A DNA stretch of 63,907 nucleotides, filler included, from Licmophora abbreviata (taxonomy: Eukaryota), in NCBI GenBank assembly GCA_900291995.1. It is 10 parts of 10 records of this genome, joined end to end, with 100 filler letters (N's around TTAATTAATTAA, not from the genome) between each part and the next. Parts side by side here need not be neighbours in the genome. Positions count along the whole stretch, not along the records: positions 52,411 to 61,635 come from OLMU01000897.1; positions 61,736 to 63,907 come from OLMU01000898.1; 8 more parts are not named here. One strand, written 5' to 3'. Below, piece by piece: positions 57,754-63,907 of this stretch (positions are counted from its first letter, which is position 1; each line of letters opens with the position of its first letter). The position numbers and the translations under genes were made by a program. The notes under the pieces were generated by a model. It made no database searches and was not told the origin of the DNA. It saw only the letters and a program-made list of their open reading frames with translations.

Positions 57754-60700
57754 TCATTCAAAAACAATATCTTCTTCTGGCTCGATGTCTGCCTCGCTTC
57801 CAGGAGGTGTGGCGTATTGGGCCCCGGTATGCGCGATCTCCTGCGCCACGCTCATGTTCTCGGCTTGAAGCTCGTCGTCCGCAAGAAGCGCGGGCTGAAG
57901 ATAGGCCCTCTTAAGGAAATCCAGTCCGGAGCGTCCATCTTTGCTGTTTTGCTTGTCCTTTTCCGTGCACTCTCGGGACGGTAGGTATTCGAGGACATTG
58001 TAGTGCTCCTGGCGAATGTATGTGTTGAACAAGAACGTTGTGATCAGCAGAGGAATGAGGAGGATGAAGGCGATACCTGCCAGCTTCAATCCAAGATAAC
58101 CGAGGAGAGTGAGCTGTCCGATAAAAACGGCGATCGGAACAATTTTCATGAAAGATATCCACAAGCGGCCGCCAGAGTCAGATACTGGGTAACAGTACAC
58201 GAGCTGGTTTCTGTAGAGATCAGAGACATAACGTTTGAGAAAAAGTGAGATGCTTCGATTACCCAGACTTCTAGCTTCTTCCGGAAACATTGCTCACCGA
58301 TATCCCGCGATGAGCAGTAGAAAGAAAACAGCGAGGAACCAATTCACAATCGGAGCTGTCGAGCCGTACACGAAGAGGACCATAAAATAGAGAACGCTTC
58401 GATGTCCAGGTAGTAGACATGGGTTAGCAATCAGTCCGACCAAAAGAGATTGATCATTTTCCCGCACCTACCTCGCTGACTGTGCATCCGCGTACTCGAA
58501 ATCTTCGGGAGCAGACAGTGGTCGAAAGAAGAAAACACTCTTGTTGCGCTCCTTCTCGCTCAGCTTCGGCGATATGAAACTCCGGCAGATAGCAAGCGCA
58601 ATCTCCGAAATTCGTAGCAGCTGCATGGTCAATTTCACAACTGACTGTGTAACGATAATCTGAAGGAAAAAGACGCTCTGCCCCGGTAACGTGGTGGCCA
58701 AAAGATTAACAATTTCGGTAGGAGAATCGATGATGTTCTTGAGCTCAGCGAAGATGCTACCGGAAATCGCACTAACGAAGAAGGTCTGAATGATCTGCAA
58801 AAGAAGAAAAGATGGCGCGAAATAGACGGTTAGAGTCGTGATGAGGACGAGGCGCATTTGAAGGAGCGATACTTACCATAAACAATGAAAGTTTTCCGAA
58901 GAGTGAGGCCTCAACGACGGAGCCGGAGATTGGGCCTTCAAGCTTGCAGAACATCTGTGTCGGTCGTGCAATCGCTGGTGTCAGCGGCCTCTAGCAACCC
59001 GTGCATTGACATTCACCTCAACAGCTTACCTCAAGAATGATTTCGAGGAGTTCGTCGATCGCGATCAGGAGAAGGGGCGCAATAAGTGTCAAGAAGGTGC
59101 CAATCCACGGATTCTTTTCCACTAAATCGCCGATGAAGCCAACTTTTTCACCGAGGACTTCCACATTTGTCAGCGATACAATAAAGGATATCGGAATCGT
59201 CCTGCAGAAAAAGGGGGCATTTCAGTAAGTATCGTCGAAGAGTCCGATGTGATTGCACACTACATTGTCGGCACGACGCACCAGAATAGGCATAGCAAGG
59301 CGGTCAATACATAGGACAACAACTTTCCAAGCTGCAAGTCTTTGTGCGTTCGTCCACAGTTGAACCAGAAGATATCATCGGCGTCGGGGGCCTCAAAAAC
59401 ATCCATCACAAATGGTTTGGGATGGTGGACCATCTGCAACGCCGCCTGGCGGATCGAAAGACTCGAAAAGGTAACAAAGCCAGACTCCTTTCGCTCGCCG
59501 TCCTCGTTCTTCAGAATGCTCAGGGCCGCATTGGCAGTTGCGTTCATTTTGTTTGTCATCGTCCCTGCAAGCTTTCCAACGTCCTTGAATTTGTTTTCCG
59601 CCTTAGATGTTGAGGCTCGATCGTCGTTTGCGACGACAACTGTGTCTTGTGTAACAGGGAACGCCGTATCCAAGCCAGTCAGGCTCGATGTGACACTGTT
59701 GCCTCCCATCACGCTACTGGACGCAACGCTATGCCCGCCCATCGCGCTGTCGGTCATGGATACATCTACACCTCCCTCTGCACCCACGGTACTGCGACGC
59801 GCGTACGAGTAGTTGTCGCCCTCGGCATCCGGTGCGGCCGAATGAGGATCATTCGCGGCGAGCAAGCCTGCCTTCTCTAGACTGATTTCGTCGTTGAGTA
59901 TAGCGAGCTCTTCCGCGTATACCGTAATGGCGTTTCGAGGACCTCGAGAGTCCAATGGATTGTTCAGCATGGGAGCAGTTCCCTTCAATTCCTCAAGGTT
60001 GATTGCATGTTCCAGCTTCCAGACGAGAGCTTCGCGCTTGTTCACCTTGCTCTCGAGGTGCGTCGTGGCCAGCGCGACACGGGCTTCCAGGACATCGTCG
60101 TCATGAAAGCAGCTTTGAAAGTATTCCAGCATCTTGGCACTGGATCGATACTCTTCCGGAATACCCTGCACGAAGACTGTGTAGTTTCGGGCCTCCTTCT
60201 CGGTCAACCAGGCGTGGCGCTGCTGGGTGAACCATTCGAACTCTCGCAAGGTGAGCCACATTGTGAATGAGAACATAATGTAGGCAGCCACAGTCGTCGC
60301 AATGAAGCGTTCCGACTCTGGAGGGACGTTGGACACAGAAATCGATGCGATGGGGTCAGTAATGTGACTCGTCTCGTCCGTCACTTCAGCTGTCGCGTAG
60401 ACTGGGAATAAGTAGATCGAGTTGAAGCAGCCCACCATGGAGATTCTAAAGCCGAAGCGAAAGATACGAAGAAAGCAGAGTGCATCCAAGCCGCACTCTC
60501 GCCGCATTTCATCATCACTAATCCAGCTCAGCTTCCACATCCAGTCAAAATGGCCGTAAAACTCGTCGGCCAAGTCGGAGCGCATGTGAGGCACCCACGA
60601 TCGCAGATTGAATACTCGAGTGTATCTGTTGCGTAGATAGCCATACAGAAGAATCACGCCCAGGTAGATAGAGCCCCAGACAATCATGGTGTCACGCAAA

Positions 60701-60822
60701 ACCTCACCGTCGTTGGGCGGCACGGGGGCGGGAGGAGAGGTCGGGGCAGAAGTCGGCGCATCGGTCGGTTCCTGAAGTTGGCGATACATCTCTCCCACGT
60801 GGGAGAGCAACGAATCAATCAT
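57754..60822 (-). CDS. OSCA/CSC1/TMEM63 family channel, copy 1; about 6 exons
   Basis: CGLDALCFLR, NYTVFVQGIP, GFVTF, EAPDADDIFWFN, EGPIS, YRNQLVYCY, DSGGRLW; GT-AG introns link the ORFs. Confidence 0.93.
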
Positions 60823-61262
60823 GGTGAAGGAGAGCTAGTGGATGACAGAACTTTCTTTTTGAAATAGAGGTGAGCGAGGGCAATGTGTTTGCTTTTCACG
60901 CAACCGCAGTTCTTGATGTTGTATCGATCAACAGAAGAGGTGATGAATGAGATGCCCATGGTGAGTGACGCGATCGAGAGGCACAGAACGATCCCAGAAC
61001 CGGGATTAGCAGAATTTCGAATTTTCTAACGGATTTATGACATTTTACCCAATATGATCGAAACTGTTGAACCTATTTTGACGCCAAAACGGATGGTCGC
61101 GTCTGTCATCGATCCGATCTAGTCGTAACGGAGGCCGATACCAGAAGTGGGCGGTCGATACACCGGTATACGAGTAGCGACCGGCAGAATCAATCCATGT
61201 TAGGCAATGTCGCTACTCTTAAAATTGTACAAGCACCCGTACTTCATCTCAGTGTCTACGTG

Positions 61263-63886
61263 CTACTCCCCGACCGCAACAGAAGCGTCACCGTCATTGC
61301 GCGAGGCGATCTCTTGCTCTTCTTCCGCAATGGCCTCCAGTTCGCCCTCGCTTCCGGGTGGTGTCGCGTACGTCGTACCTGTTATCCGGATCTCCTGTGC
61401 CAAACTCATGTTGCCCGCCTGTACAAAGTCTTCTGCGCGGAGCGCCGGTTGCAAATACGTGCCCTTGAGAAAGTCCAAGTCTGCTCGGCCAATTCGTCGG
61501 TCCTCGTTGTCCATCTTGACACATTCCCGAGATGGCAGATGCCGAAGCACTCTGTAGTGCCTCTGGTCCGTGTACCAATAGAATAGAACGGTTATTACAC
61601 ACAGAGGAATCATCAAGGTGGCAGGAATTACTGCCNNNNNNNNNNNNNNNNNNNNNNNNNNNNNNNNNNNNNNNNNNNNTTAATTAATTAANNNNNNNNN
61701 NNNNNNNNNNNNNNNNNNNNNNNNNNNNNNNNNNNGCGCTCCTTTTCGCTCAACTTGGGTGGCAGGAACTTCCGGCCAAAAGCGGAGAGAAGTGGACCAA
61801 CTCGCAAAAGCTCAAACGACAACCTGACACTCAGAAACACGACGACAACTTGAAAGAAGTACATCGCCTGGCTGGCAATACTCGAAGCAAGCGCCGTTAC
61901 AATGTCTTCGATATTGTCGACGACATTGACAAACTCGGATGATAAGCTACCGGCTACGATCGAAACAAGATATGTTTGGATTATCTGAAAGCAAACAAAA
62001 TACGAGACGATTGAGTAAAATGCCAACAATCGAAACGGTTAATACGACTCTGGTATGACTTGCCTGGAAGATCGACAGCTTCGTATAAAGCGAAGACTCA
62101 AGCACGGCATTCGAGATAGGTCCCTCGAATTTAGTCACAATTCGAAGAAGAACCTTGAGGACGATAGTCAACGGCACAAGCAACAGCGGCGACATGACAG
62201 ATAGCATTTCTCCGACCCAGGGATACTTGTCAATTATTGGCTTCAAAAAGGAAATCTTTTCAGCCAGGGTTTCCACGTTTGTTAGTGAAACAATAAATGA
62301 CGTGGGAATAGTCCTGAGTACGGGCAGGGCGAATGTGTGAGCGATGGGTTGAGACGAGCAGACGCAAATGGTTTGTTTCTCAAAGCGCACCAGAGGATAC
62401 ATAGGAAGACAGTCCATGAGATAGAGATTAGCATTCCTGCCTGTAGGTCTTCATTAGTCCGTCCACAATTCGGCCAGAAGATATCGTCTGGGTCAGGAGC
62501 CTCAAACACGTCCATAACGAACGGTGTTGGGTTGTGAATCATCTGCAACGCAGCTTGGCGTGCAGACAGCTTGCTAAAGGATATAAAACCAGACCCTTTG
62601 CGATGTCCTTCTTCGTCTCCCACGAAAAGGTGTAATGCTGTATTCGCCAACTTTCCGGCGGTCTCAACCGTGTTCGTCACAGGTTCCGCTATACCGCTCA
62701 AGACGTTCGAGACAACGGGGACACCGGTTGGAGCACCTGCATCCACCCCGGACAGGCTGGATAGCATACTACTTTCACCCTCCACGCTCGATCCCGTAGC
62801 ATCTCTGAGTTTGGCGCTCTTTCGGAAAACTAGTGAGTACGTGTCTCCTTCTTGATCCGGCAATTCATTGGGGTCGTTCGCGGCCAGGAGAGCGGCCTTT
62901 TCCAGTGCTATGTCGCTGTTCAGTTCGTTGAGTTCTTCGGCGTAGGCCGAAATGGCGTCACGGGGTGCGAGAAGACGAAGGGGGGCATCCGCCACAGGTT
63001 TGATCCCCTTGATATTTTCCAAGTTGATTGCGTGCTCGAGTTTGGCAACGAGTCTCTGTCGATGCTCGACTTTGCGTTCAAGATCCGGGATGTTCAGGGC
63101 GATGCGAGCCTCCAATACATCTCCATGATGAAAGCAGCTCCGAAAGTATTCCATCAGCTTTGCACTTGTTTGATACTCCGCCGGGATTCCAGTAACGTAG
63201 ACCGTGTAATTTCTGGGTCTCTTCTCCATGAGCCAGATGTGTCGCTGTTCTGTGAACCACTTGAGCTCCTTGAGCATGAGCCACATGGTGAATAGAAAAG
63301 TCAAATATGCCGCGCCGACTGTAGCGTAGAAGCGAGGAGACCCAGGCGGCACGTTCGCAATCGTCAATTGTGCCATCGTGTCGGTGATGTGTCTCGTTTC
63401 GTCCGTGACACTGGAAGTCCCGTAGACTGGAAAAAGATACGCAGAATTGAAACAGCCCATCAACGAAATCTTGAACCCGAACCAGAATACGCGAATAAAG
63501 CAAAGCGAGTCGAGGCCACACTCTTCTCTCATTTCTTCGTCGTTTATCCATGCAAGCTGCCACATCCAGTCGAAGTATCCGTACAGATTGTCTGCCAACG
63601 CAGTTTTGCACTTCGGTGACCATTGCCGAATGCTGTATGCCCTTGGATATCTCGTCCGGACGAAGCTATAAAGAAGCAAGGAAAGAGCAAAGACAGAACC
63701 AAAGACCAACAGCGATTGAAAAAGGATTGCTCCGTCGTTTGGGGATTGTAGAACAAAGCCTGTAGGGGCCAGGGAGCTGGATGGGGCGAAGGAAGGGAAG
63801 GCTGTAGGCGTCCCCTCGAACTCCTGCGCGAGGCGTTGATCGTCTCCCATTTCAACAAAAGACAAGCTCTCTTTGAGTCTCGACAT
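61263..63886 (-). CDS. OSCA/CSC1/TMEM63 family channel, copy 2; interrupted by gap 61636-61735
   Basis: CGLDSLCFIR, NYTVYVTGIP, EAPDPDDIFWPN, same C-terminal LPSREC...YLQPAL...YATPPGSE as copy 1. Confidence 0.92.
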
Positions 63887-63907
63887 TCAGACACGAGCGA
63901 GGGAGTG

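Overview
Gene-dense eukaryotic nuclear DNA, most consistent with a diatom (short GT-AG introns, bipartite signal+transit peptides, RRL pro-peptide motifs, diatom-type gene families). About 29 protein-coding genes can be reconstructed, most of them spliced. They include SPT5, RagC/D, ATG18/WIPI, a Sec1/Munc18 protein, PEX12, a BRCA1/BARD1-like RING-BRCT protein, a PDZ-PX-VPS9 protein, CMS1, QCR9, a PAO/Tic55-type Rieske oxygenase, a thioredoxin-PUB protein resembling the SELMA cofactor sPUB, a gametolysin-type M11 protease, an EF-hand DUF760 protein, threonine aldolase, an ABC transporter and a tandem pair of OSCA/TMEM63 channels. Nine artificial 100-nt spacers (N44-TTAATTAATTAA-N44) mark contig joins. 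I found no rRNA, tRNA, CRISPR array or transposon and no convincing multi-gene novel system. The best leads are single genes: a cell-surface protein with a (NQSPSGGGAP)n repeat whose frame the ORF track mostly misses, EF-hands inserted between DUF760 halves, a secreted intradiol-dioxygenase-like protein with degenerate iron ligands, a repeat in the BRCA1-like linker, and an extended QCR9. All family calls come from motif recognition by eye, not database searches.
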